A stretch of DNA of 64,000 nucleotides from Lingula anatina (Eukaryota; Animalia; Brachiopoda). The notes beneath the pieces are model-generated. The model searched no databases and was not told the origin of the DNA. It was given only the letters and a program-made list of their open reading frames with translations. The stretch is taken from the NCBI GenBank assembly GCA_051362555.1, contig CM120640.1, positions 9,114,001 through 9,178,000 on the forward strand, in the 5' to 3' direction. A program made the position numbers and the translations under genes. Each line of letters opens with the position of its first letter. Position 1 is the stretch's first letter. This document shows positions 45,721-57,500 of the stretch, piece after piece.

Positions 45721-46235
45721 CTCCAACCACAGTGCATCTGATGGATACACATTAGCTCCTACCACAGTGCATCTGATGGATACACATTAGCTCCTACCAC
45801 AGTGCCTCTGGTAGAAACACATTAGCTCCAACCACAGTGCATTTGAGAGTTACACATTAGCTCCTACCACAGTGCATCTGACGGATACACATTAGCTCCT
45901 ACCACAGTGCATCTGATGGATACACATTAGCTCCAACCACAGTGCATCTGATGGATACACATTAGCTCCTACCACAGTGCATCTGACGGATACACATTAG
46001 CTCCTACCACAGTGCATCTGACGGATACACATTAGCTCCTACCACAGTGCATCTGATGGATACACATTTGCTCCAACCACAGTGCATCTGATGGATACAC
46101 ATTAGCTCCTACCACAGTGCATCTGATGGATACACATTAGCTCCTACCACAGTGCCTCTGGTAGAAACACATTAGCTCCAACCACAGTGCATTTGAGGGT
46201 TACACATTAGCTCCAACCACAATGCATATGGAGGA
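45686..46235 (+). repeat. 35-bp minisatellite (about 15.5 units) beginning within the last codons of CACHD1
   Basis: Unit CTCCWACCACAGTGCATCTGAYGGATACACATTAG; CACATTAG (one CACATTTG variant) ends every 35 bp from 45720 to 46210. No spacers. Confidence 0.95.
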
Positions 46236-49200
46236 TTTTTTTTTTTGGGGGGGGGGGGGGTTATTGGAAAGAAAGTTGTCAAAATTGTTGAGACCCATTT
46301 GGAAAAGATGGCCTTATGAAAAAACATTCATTTTAGGAAAAAAGTTAATGTGCCTGGGTCTCATTATTTTCACAGTAGGCTTCATTATGTGCCTTAGTAA
46401 AGAATCTTTCAAAATGGTTTTCCCTTGATAAAGAAATCTTGGCCAAATGCCTGTTCTTGGAGAAAAAATGTTTCATTCTTGATCACGTTCTTCACAAAGT
46501 TGAAATCATACTTTGAAGTACACAGAGATTCTTAATGGTGGTATTGTCAGTTGAAGATGTAGTCTTGGAATATATTCAAAGTATACAGACCCTATGTAAA
46601 TCATAGTGCCATATGGAATCATTTGATAAAAATGTGTCTGATTTTACGAAGTGCCTTGCAGAGGAAGTGTGTGAACAAATTGACTGAAGTGCATGGGTTC
46701 TTTTAGGAAGTTATGAGTTGCTCTGTAGCATTTGTCTTAAATCAGAATGACTTTTAAGGTTGGCAGTTAATTTTTAAAGAGAGCATCACCAGCTGTCAAC
46801 GTTTTACATTTATTCAACCAGCATTAGAAATTATCCATAAGTTCATAACTGGCAGATAACTACATAAAATGATTTTAATTATGATTCTTTTTATAATGTG
46901 TCTGAAGCATAACTTAATTATGTAGTCCCATTATGTCTTATATTGTGTATTGGCTGTTGAAAATGATCAGCAGCATTTTTGTAAAAAGTTTGTACATAAT
47001 GTAGCTGAAAATTATAGTTTCTATTTTATTTACAGTATTTGTATCGGCGGTAGTTTTACAGTATTGCATATACAGGTGTTGCTATTTACATTTTATATAC
47101 ATACATGCTAACATGTTAACTCATCTGTATTATGTGCCCTTCTTAGAATGTGCTTCAACTACCATGTAGTTTTGATATGTTCTTTATATCATATTGGAGC
47201 CGTTTGAGTGAAAACAGATCGTTTAAACTTTATCAAATTAATGTATGAAAGAAGTCTTACTCAAGGCCAATAAACTCCTCGAATTTTGCTTGTTTGGTCA
47301 GTGCGTTCTTTGGTCTGTTTGTTATGACGGCAGATTTTTGTTATGTCGAGGAGCAACAAGCAACGTGTGCCTAACACCGTTTAACCCAACTGGCCTTGCG
47401 TTGTGCTTTTATAATCGAGACCGTGAACGGTGACCTGCGACGACCTTACACCAGTGATAACGACTCTCACGCATCGGCGTGAGGTGGTTGGCGCAGACTT
47501 CCCATGGGAGGGAGAACAAAGTATGTAGTATAGACCGCGCTAGCCATTTCATGATAAACTATAACGCTTTAGTTAACAGTATGCCCGGTACTCAATTTAT
47601 TAAACGTTGAATCAATTGTATGTTTATCGGACCTTGTAGCTAAGCTTTCATTTTATTTTGTATTTTATTACATTTGACATTTCCCAATTCTTCAAATTTT
47701 CTACACTGACGAACTACAGAGTAACTACGATCGCGCATTAAATATATTTTTATGTCTCAACATAAAATTACATTCATATTTTAATCGATGTCACGAGAAA
47801 ATAGTAGTGATGACTCAAAATGGTAACGGTTTATTAGAAATGTGTACGAAAGCTATCCGTGCAGAAAGCTGCCGTAATTTCTGTTCAAATAGCCCGCATA
47901 TACCACACTACTAGTTGCACTTCACACCTGTAGAGCAACCATATTTTTAACCAGTAATTTCACCCTTTAGAGGTCATCAAAATTTTTCATAAGCAGATAT
48001 CTTGGGTCTGGCTATTTTGAATATGAAATAACCATTTATCCCTCAAAATCTCGGCTGTAACAACTGACCAGTCGAGTCGCTGGGCATGACTTCTCTTACA
48101 AACCATCTATGTGTGTAACTGCTTGAAAGGATTTCTTTTCTCTTAATTTTTCTATTTAAAATAGCCTGCGTGCAAGCCTAAAAGAATATTACATTTGAGT
48201 AATGAACAGCTTTCAATCCGGTGTCAAAGGCTGATAAGACGACAGGTACAATGCGTCCTTCTCATGAAGACCTCTCCTGGGCTCCGAAACTCGAAAGCAT
48301 CGCGAACTGCAAATAGCAATCTTTTATCACCTTTTATTCCGAGACTATTAATATTATATGGGGCGAGTAAATCCCGAGTTATGGAATAAAGACACTTGCG
48401 CTCGGTCGGAGTTACGGAGCCCAGGCTGGCCACCGAAATTTACGAAACTGATGACGTTATTAGTGCGAAGAACATTTTCCGTACAGAAAGAATGATTGGA
48501 TACAAAAAGTGCCCCCCCCCCCTCCCTTCTTGATACCCGAGAGCCGCCAGTGCGCACTTCCTTCTTCCATAAAAATAATAAATTACGAAAAAGATTTGAC
48601 GATAGGACCCAGTGTGGGAGAGTGCTAGGGACCGTACCGCCACCATTTATACATATTTTTTGTCTAGTCATGGAAGTGATTTTCACACACGAAAATATTA
48701 TCTTGGTCATGATACCTTGCCAAACATGAGAACCTGAGTATCTCTAATGACAAATGATCATCGGCTAATGGTGGGAAAGTGGAGCGCAGGACCCATCCAG
48801 TGCTTCTTTCTCATAAATAAAGAAAGAAAGAAAGAAAAAGAAATATATAAAGGAACCACTCCTCGTCTCAAGAAACATGTTGTTTCATAATTATTTCAAC
48901 GTAACATGAATCTCAAGGTTATATAATACTGATTACTAAAAATTGCTTTTTGTGCTGCAAAAAAAATCATCTTTGAAAACGAACCAAATATTCCATCCCT
49001 ATTGGCAGGTTTTCATTGGGCGTGCGTCTGCTGTCCTCGTTTGACGATAATAAGTGATGCGCGTACAAACTGACAAAAATGTTATTATGAGATACACCGG
49101 GGATGGGGGGTTAGGGGTGTTATGTGCCCACCCCCTTCCAGCCTTTTAAAATATTGAATTTTCCCCGGGACTCAGTTATGACTGTCAATAAAGAAAAAAT

Positions 49201-49698
49201 GACATATACAAGAAAGTATATTTCATAGTGAGGATCGTATAAACAATGTCAAACAAAAAATTTACAGACATGCTTTGCGCTATATGTCGAAGACGCTGCG
49301 TCTCTCAATCGTGTCTCTCCCAATTTGAAATTGTTATTCACCGACAGCAAGTTCCGTCCATATCACCTCGACACGATCGTGATGGGCATACGTCTACTGG
49401 AGGCCAGGCAAGATACAACCACGATCTACGAACAAGTTACGGGAAATGAGATACACACCTGTCACAGTTTAAATACTATTAATTGTCTTATATCATTGAT
49501 GGACGTTTCCGAGTTCAACTGAATGTGAATATAATGTTATAAATGAATATAATGCCGTAAATGCAGTCCTCTGATTTGAGATTAGAATGAATAGTGCTTA
49601 GGTTTTTTAAACATGACATGTCCTCCAACCCTTGTATGTTCCAATAAATATCCGAAATTTATATACACCTGAGCGTTCAACTGATCAAAATGCGTGTG

Positions 49699-50376
49699 CT
49701 AGTTTGGTGGATTTACTGCTATATACTCCATTGCAGAATCACCGTCTGATCTCTCGTCTATATCCGACGGATCCACACATTGTGCTTTCTGACACACCAA
49801 GGTCGACGTGAAATCACAGACACAGAAATTACAGCGACCTACCGAGTGATCGTAGTCTTTTTCCAATTCACTACAATTCGGATAGTAACCCGAATACTTC
49901 GAACAGTCAGAGGCTGTGCACTCAACGTAAGTTGAAAAGCGTCCCACGCTCATGCACTGGCATTTTTTGCAATCGTCAAACCACGTTTCTCCAACTTCTC
50001 GCCCGTTGGAGCATAATGAAAGGCTGAGGTAGTACGACGGACTGTAGTCGTAGTTGTAGCACTCTTTATATGTGCAGGACGGTTTTCCCTTTAAGGTACA
50101 AATACACCAGTTGCATTCGTCACGCTTCCACACAGTTCCAACAGGATATATCCCGTGACATTTCACCTGTGCTTTACAAGACCAGTCTGCGCACAGTGGT
50201 GTGCCACGTTCTCCACAAATACACCATCGACAGCCTTCAAACCACGTTTCCCCAACAGCGTGACCACCGCGACAAGTAGTCGAACTGTCGTCACTGTAAT
50301 CTAACAGATTTGCTCTACCATGGACATTAACGAACAAACTAGAGAACGTGGCTAGGAGGAGGCTCACTACCCTCAT
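49699..50376 (-). CDS. Secreted Cys-rich protein with four pacifastin/VWC-like six-Cys modules, 225 aa, apparently single coding exon
   Basis: Signal peptide MRVVSLLLATFSSLFVNVHG; modules CRGGHAVGETWFEGCRWCIC..LCADWSC, CHGIYPVGTVWKRDECNWCICTLKGKPSCTYKEC, CSNGREVGETWFDDCKKCQC..ECTASDC, CSE..RCNFCVC..VCQKAQC; TATAAA about 55 bp upstream of the ATG. Confidence 0.8.
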   Translation of the reverse strand: MRVVSLLLATFSSLFVNVHGRANLLDYSDDSSTTCRGGHAVGETWFEGCRWCICGERGTPLCADWSCKAQVKCHGIYPVGTVWKRDECNWCICTLKGKPSCTYKECYNYDYSPSYYLSLSLCSNGREVGETWFDDCKKCQCMSVGRFSTYVECTASDCSKYSGYYPNCSELEKDYDHSVGRCNFCVCDFTSTLVCQKAQCVDPSDIDERSDGDSAMEYIAVNPPN

Positions 50377-50429
50377 GTCGACAAGGTCCCAAACGCCAAA
50401 CTAACCACCAAGTCCTGTGTCAACAGTTG

Positions 50430-50435
50430 TTTATA
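50430..50435 (-). promoter_or_regulatory. TATA box of Cys-rich gene 1
   Basis: TATAAA on the minus strand about 55 bp upstream of the ATG at 50376. Confidence 0.5.
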
Positions 50436-51810
50436 TCATCTAATTCACATATTAAGTCCCAGTGCTCGACTGGGACTGCCAAGCACGCGCTAATACTCCA
50501 AATGGGTGACAGATGGGCATTATTTTCAATCGCTTCCTACACGACATGACAGCAAGGCCGGTCGTAATGTGTTGTGCGTTTGCCATGCCGTACGTAGCTG
50601 GTTTGTTTTTGTGTACCACTCAACACTGAGCCGTGCCAGGAGATTAACCATTCTGTATACATAACGCGACAGTTGGCAGAGAAGAGAAATGAGAGCTAAA
50701 ATTCGCTGAAGGTTCACTTTCTTTATTTTACGTGTCCCGTTAGCCTACATATATTTTACAGAAACCATTACATAAACAGTAGAATAATGGCGGCGTTCAT
50801 TCCCCGGCCGAGAGCAGAGGACATGACAATAACAGTGCCCCTATGGATATCTTGTCGTGACAATAACGCTTTCTTGAATAACATTATTTGTTATCATGAC
50901 CATCTTAACACATTTTCTCCTTTCTCGGTTACAGAGGCGTTTGTTTCTAAATGTCCTTTAAAAAGATAAACATCATTGGAAGATGTTAAATCGTTTTCCA
51001 AATAAAAGGTACGATTCATGCGGTTTCACTGAAAAAGTAATAGCACGCCAGTATTCCGATATGTACTGAAATACTCTACCCTTTTTATTTTCTTTCCAGC
51101 TTTATGTACATTAAATTATATGTTCCTTGCAGTTTTCAACATTAACACTATCTCTTTCATCTTCTACTTAGAGGTGCATTCCATTGTCGTTAGATCACTC
51201 AATTATTTAAGGCAAAGTAAGTGAAAATCAATGTTGAAAAAAGTAATAGCATTTGTGTTAAATACATGTTATGTACTCTATAGACCATTAAAATCATTTT
51301 AACATTGGGAAGATTTAAATGTTCTTGGCCTTATCGGCTACGATTGCTAGTTAAGAAGATGGGTTAGATTGTTTCTGCTGGTTAATTTTCGCTGAACTCC
51401 CAGACTCAAATCTGTAAAAAGTTTGAAAATATCCAGTTTACAACATTTTCAGCTTTTAAGGCCAGGTGCTCTTTAGCACCAATCTCAACGAAATATAAAT
51501 TCGGTCTATTTATTAAATACAAATATGCAAAAATGAGGGAAACCCTTCGTGCGTTGTATGTATCTGAAACTTTGTATGCAGACTTGGTACCGTATATGTA
51601 CCATACCGTATATGTACCATTTCAGTCAAGACTAAAGATGTTAGATGTGGATTATCATATTACGCTGACATAGGACGACACCTTGGAATTCTGTTCAAGC
51701 CACCATGGATTATACCCCGCATTTGTACCGTTCCATGTCCTGTCATACAGAAAAACATGGACCAATCTGACTGTATAATCAAGTGTCACTTGTCTGTGTC
51801 AGGCGATTCC

Positions 51811-52906
51811 TCACGTGTCCCTCAGGCAATGTGTAGTACATACTGCACGGGAACTGTGGATGCAACTACATGTGTCACAGCCATCATGCCACCAGCTACC
51901 GAGTCCACAGTGGATGGAACGACGGACAACGGTGTGATGTCGTTGGCTCAGCATACCTGCTGAAATATGAAAATCTGGATTATTTTAAATTATACACTCG
52001 GGCAATCATCAGCGGCTTCCCAGAAGGATTATAATCATTATCTTATGGGAGCATATTAAGAGCACCAAAAGAAACGTAAATTAACTAAACACGCTATTTA
52101 ACAATAAATATTTTTATCTTAAAGCTTTTATTGAAATATATAAAAATTAAAATATAAAAATTACCGCAATTTAAACATAGAGCACATAATCAATTACTTA
52201 AAATTTAAAAAAAAAGCTGACTGGACCGAAATGCTCACACAATTTTACCTAGTTTTCTGCGTCTTGTACAATTCGGAAGCCTGTGGCAATGTGGCCTTCC
52301 GTCATTTTGACAAAGGCATTTAAAACAGCCATCTGACCATCCGCTATCTCCAAAAGGGCAATATTCCAGTTTATGGCCTTCTCTGTGACATCCAACTAAA
52401 CGGTGGCAAGAAATCTGCTCGGTGCTATTACAAATGCATTCGAAACAGCCATCTACCCATTTGGATCCGAACATACAAGCAGGCCTGTTCTTAGCACCAT
52501 GTCTGAATCTGTAGAAAGGTTTAATGATGAGATGTCTTTTTCTCCTAGCAGCTGACATAGTCAACGTCGGACAGGAATCTCTCGTGCACCGCACCTCCCC
52601 GTCACTGTCGCACGTGCATAGGTTACAGCCGTTACTCCAGACGGAATACGGACAGGCGGTTCCAGGTCTCTTGGCAGTGTTCTTCCCCGAGACGTGATTG
52701 GAATATACGGCGGGTTCATCAGCACCTTCCACGTGGTTGGGACTGGCTTCATCTTCACTGTGTGAGGGCACTAAGTAGTAAAACGGCCCCCTTTCTCGAA
52801 TCTCGCGTAGAGCATCTTGCAAAAGTTCTTCCGTGGTTCCAGAGGCAAAGTAATTGAAGAATGTGATCAAAAGAAAGATGACAAGCGTTCTTTCCGTAAG
52901 TTGCAT
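51811..52906 (-). CDS. Secreted pacifastin-like multi-domain precursor with dibasic/furin sites, about 268 aa, 2 exons
   Basis: Exon 1 52906-52249 (signal peptide, acidic pro-region, KR, CPYSVWSNGCNLCTCDSDGEVRCTRDSC, RRKR, two further modules, RRRK; donor CTAG|gtaaaa, phase 1). Exon 2 51959-51811 (acceptor atttcag, phase 1; MLSQRHHTVVRRSIHCGLGSWWHDGCDTCSCIHSSRAVCTTHCLRDT*). The unspliced ORF ends at 52235. Confidence 0.78.
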
Positions 52907-52965
52907 TTTCTTTAAGAAAATAATGCGCGTAAAAAAATTACCTAAAAGTGTAAATTTGACTTGTT

Positions 52966-52971
52966 TTTATA
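52966..52971 (-). promoter_or_regulatory. TATA box of Cys-rich gene 2
   Basis: GTATAAAAA on the minus strand about 60 bp upstream of the ATG at 52906; similar spacing to the neighbouring paralog. Confidence 0.5.
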
Positions 52972-54508
52972 CCACACCAGCAAAAGTCGGCGTGTTCGAA
53001 CTGTAAACAAAATGAGGAAGTTTTTATGTTTGCAGAGAGACATATTTCAAGAAATGCGCAAGAGCGAGCCATATTTTACATTGTGGTATTCGATAATGGT
53101 CTCCCCAGGTTTTATATCGAAACGCTGCACCTTTGGCACAGAACTCACAACATTGTTCCTTTCTCTGAGCGTGGAACCAATCATAAATATTTCTGTAAGG
53201 AGTGTGAACACCGGACAAGCACCGCTTTTCTAAAAACTCAGCACACGAATGTTATGGCTCTGCAATAAACGAACATCATATTCTGGCATTTTTAACCTCC
53301 ACCGAGCATCCTACAACGGTGAGGCACAAACTAAAGGATCATTTTCGGAATGATTTTTCAGAACGATTCGTTTTAAATAAATCAATTTCTCTCATTCTCT
53401 GGAAAGAAAAGAAGAAAAAAAAAAGAAAAGAAAAGAAAAATGAAACGAAAAATACGATTTTATTTTCATAGAAACAAACCTTTGTTAATAAGGTCTGATC
53501 TATTACCTGAAGTTAAAGTATGACATGGAATGTATGCGGGTAACCGCAAATTTTACGCAAGGCAACGCCTTTTTAAAATTCATATCTGTTCTACGTAGTA
53601 CGTTAAAATATGAAACTTTTCAGTATATGTGAGAATGAGCACTTCATTTATAGGGCAACACGACACAAAATTTGGCACAGACCCAGCGTTTATATAAGGC
53701 TGATAACAATGTCTGAAAAACACTTCTTTAAAAAAAATAAGCAGTTTCAAAGTGAACAATGACACAAGGCAAGAAATCTTAAATTCCTTAAATGGCAAAT
53801 AACAAAAAAAATTTGAAAGCATAAGCAAGGCGTAGGTATCATTTAAAATCTAACGCGTTCTGTTTTAGCCAAAGCTATCAAAGGAAAACTTAACGGACAT
53901 AAGAATATTAAGACTGCATGAAATACTGATAAAAGTAGGTTACCTGAGGCAACTTAGGTAAATCTGCTGTTTAAAATTCTGTCAACACCTTTCCCAAATG
54001 TAAATGTAGGGAGGGAGGGAAAGAGAACACATAAAAGTGTCAAGCACACTAAAACACTTGATATTATCTGATTTTGCCGATTTTCATAACCGACCTTCGT
54101 CTTATCGTACAGAAACGTCTTATGAAACCTGCACTTTACTGATATAGCCTCCTCACCACATGACCTGGTGGCCTGAGGGCAAATGGGGCACATACATATC
54201 CAACATGCAATAAAAAGTGTAAAATCTAATCAGAAATCTTATTAAGATACATGTACTGGGCTAAATTTTTGGGTAAAAATATCCCAGCAAATGTTAACAA
54301 AATCAGGCACGTTTCAACTAGCGACAGTGAAGAAAAGCAATAGTAGTGGCGACACCATGGACAGACAGGAGAAATCACAATATATTCAGACACTTGGATA
54401 AATTATTTGTATCTAAAAGAATGTATATTAAGGGTGAAATAAAGGTAACAGGTCACAACTTGTATACTGCATTTTGAATGCTGATGACTTAGTGTGGGGT
54501 TCCCTATA

Positions 54509-57500
54509 TTAGATCCATCCTCCAAACCGGATTTTGTTAGGAAGGTAGACTTCTGATAGGAAGGTTGGAGACAGGCTAGTCAGACATTGGATTTCTGCCT
54601 TCACTCCTATAGCTACCAGCAGCTCAAGCTACAAAACAAAACATGTTGATAATGTCAATGCATTACATGTAATAATCTATACCAATGCAAACATGTCTGC
54701 TGGAGACAAGAAGGGGGGGTATTTTCATAAAAAATTTGTCTTGACAGTGAATTTCGATCTCTTTGTTAGAAGAGAATACCCTTTTAGTTTCTAAATAATA
54801 TCATGATTGATACTAATCTATTAAATTCTACAGCAACGTTTTCATGCCTTAACATAAATGAACTTTACCTCTCTCTTCCATGCTTGTTGAGCCTGGAAGT
54901 AAGGTCTTTTTGACAGATCTCTAGCTTTGTCAAAATCAGACTTCTTCAGGGGAATTAACATATTCTGAGGAATCTGAAGTCTAATAAAGTTATTAAAAAA
55001 TTACACATAAAGTAGCATGAAAGTTATGTTTTAAGACATAATTGAACCATTAGAACCCCCCCCCTCAAAAAATAATTTAATTAAATAAAAAACATACAAA
55101 ATACAGATTGCTTATCTTCTATTCTAGTATTGTCCTCCATGCATGTCTAGGTGATATGATTATTTCTTTCACTCTTTAAAAACAATTCCTGTTATTGTTT
55201 TATTTGTCTAGTCTTGTACTGGAAGTTGAAGAGGACACACTGTCTGACCTATACACAGATGAGTAAGCACATGGCACTTCTGTTCACATATCTGTAAAAA
55301 CTCACCTGTGAATATCTGAAGGCAATATTCCTATCCACATAACAGAGGGGACAGTCAAGTTATGGGCCTCGAAGGAAAGAGCCTGAGTAACAATGAAACT
55401 GATGATTCATTAAAGGAAAAAATAAAATTCAAACCATACTTCTAATAATTTTATATATTTAAATGTTTACAATTAGCCCCCCAAATCTTGTTGTATAACA
55501 CATACAAGTGGGGTTTTCTGTCTAAAACCTGAAAGATCACATCATAACTCCTTGACAGGTGGACTAGATTCACTCAAACATCCTCTCAGACTTAATACAA
55601 AAAAACATTTTTTTCTTGGGATTATAAAAAGTGTCATATGTCAATCCTCTGTTTAAGTGTCACTGAAACTTATGGTGAGTTATTAGTAACATTTTTTATC
55701 TTAACCTCTATTTTGGTGTTTGGTCTGGACCCATCATACATGTTGTTTAAGATCCCATTCCCATAGATTTTAGATCGATCTATCCCTGTGGGGAGTCTCA
55801 CTAGATTACTGTCAGCTTAGCTGGCTTAAGCGTCTTTCCCGCCTACTAAAAGCTGTAAGGGGGTAATTAACTATGGTGCGCACTCGGCTGACTGCAATTT
55901 AGCGTGAAACCCCAGGGAGTTAGGTCGATCTAAATCTTAATCTCTGGATCGATCTAAATCTCTGGGAATGCACCCTAATGGGCCCAAGTTTTTGGCCGAA
56001 GCAGCAAATCAAAGCTTTGTTGATAGATTGTGCTCATTTGCCAAGGCATTGATAAAGGGATAAAAATGTGTCAATAAAATCTGGAATAATAAGGGCACCA
56101 ACACAAATATGCAAATCCAAACACACAGCAATCCAAGTATATTAATTTAAAAAAAGAAAAATCTTAAATCTTAAGAATCTTTAGCATATCAACTGCCAAC
56201 TAACATTTGACTTATCTCATTGCCATTTTGCATGATGCCAGCAATGCAGATCTTTTACCAATAGAAAACTATTTGGTTGTAAAATGTCTAGTCATTTTAC
56301 TGCGGGAAAACATTAAAAATAATAAATCAAAATAAAATGTGAATACCAAACTTCTTTTTGATAAACATAAAAATGTATTATAAACCATTAACACTGAAAC
56401 CATAAATTCTTAAAATTACAAATAAAGAAACAGGAACAGGAAATTATCTGATTGTGTAAAATAAACAAAATGTAAGTATAAATATGTCAATCAAACAAAA
56501 AAAAAAACATGACGGATATTTTACAGCACACTATCTAACAAAAACTACCAAAAGATCTCAAACATAAACGTCTTCGTGAAAATAAATGATCCATACTTTA
56601 CCTTAGATCCAAATTTATATACACACATAATCTCCATACCTGATAACATAAAACAGTAAAGAACTAGTTCTTCTTCAAAATACAACCATTTAATATGTCA
56701 TGATCCTGGAATATCAAGGTTAACCCCACACCTACAACACTTAAGGTAAATATTTGAGAAATATTACAAAACAGAAGTAGATGTCATATTACCATGAGGA
56801 TCTCCATCCACAAAGACAAATGTAGGTAAATGGAATGTGTCCCAGAGTTTTCGCACCATTAACCTCGTGTTTAAATCAGGAAAACCTTTACCCTAGAGAT
56901 AAATAGATGATTTAAAGACATTCTGCTCCTTTTTAACAACAGGAAACAAAAGGTGGTCTACAAAAGTGGATAATAAAAAGGTATGAAGACCTAAAAAGTT
57001 TGTTTCAACAAACTGTGCATGACTTTTTTAGTTCCTTACAAATTAAAAAAACTGACAGTATTTTAGGTTTAATATGATTATTCAAAAATTAAATTTAGGT
57101 ATGTTTCATCTACTCACAGTCATCATAATGCAAGGTGCTAAAGATCTGCAGATGCCATCATCAAGGAGTTTTTGGAAAGTAGCATCTTTTTCAACAACCA
57201 ACACAAACTTGGCAGTTGTACACAAATCTGATATGAAGTTAAGGGATTGAAATGCTTTACTGATCAAATTGGAAAAAGCAATATAAAACATAAAGTGTTT
57301 GTATTTTGTACTTGAAAGAAACCTGATCTTGTCACCTTAGTTTGTAATTCATTCAAATTCAAGGAACATAAGTTTTCAACATAATATTCAATTTTTTGGC
57401 AATACACAATGGCATGATAATAAAAATTATCATTACTAGTTGTAGTAGATTACATCAAAGAGATCAAAATGGCTGGGAGAATTCAATTTAAATGATAAAG

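Noticed and set aside
45686-46235. CRISPR-like appearance of the 35-bp repeats
   Set aside because: Units are directly adjacent with no unique spacers, no cas genes are present, and the context is a eukaryotic 3' UTR.
47400-47560. GC-rich stretch with a 7-bp hairpin (CTCACGC-atcg-GCGTGAG) and a minus-strand TATAAAA as a possible ncRNA
   Set aside because: No recognisable tRNA, snRNA or 7SL motifs; one short stem is expected by chance.
48195-48729. Cluster of overlapping ORFs, possible transposon remnant
   Set aside because: No transposase or RT motif, TIR or TSD that I could identify.
51757-51963. Plus-strand 68-aa Cys-containing ORF
   Set aside because: Antisense shadow of the minus-strand pacifastin-like exon.
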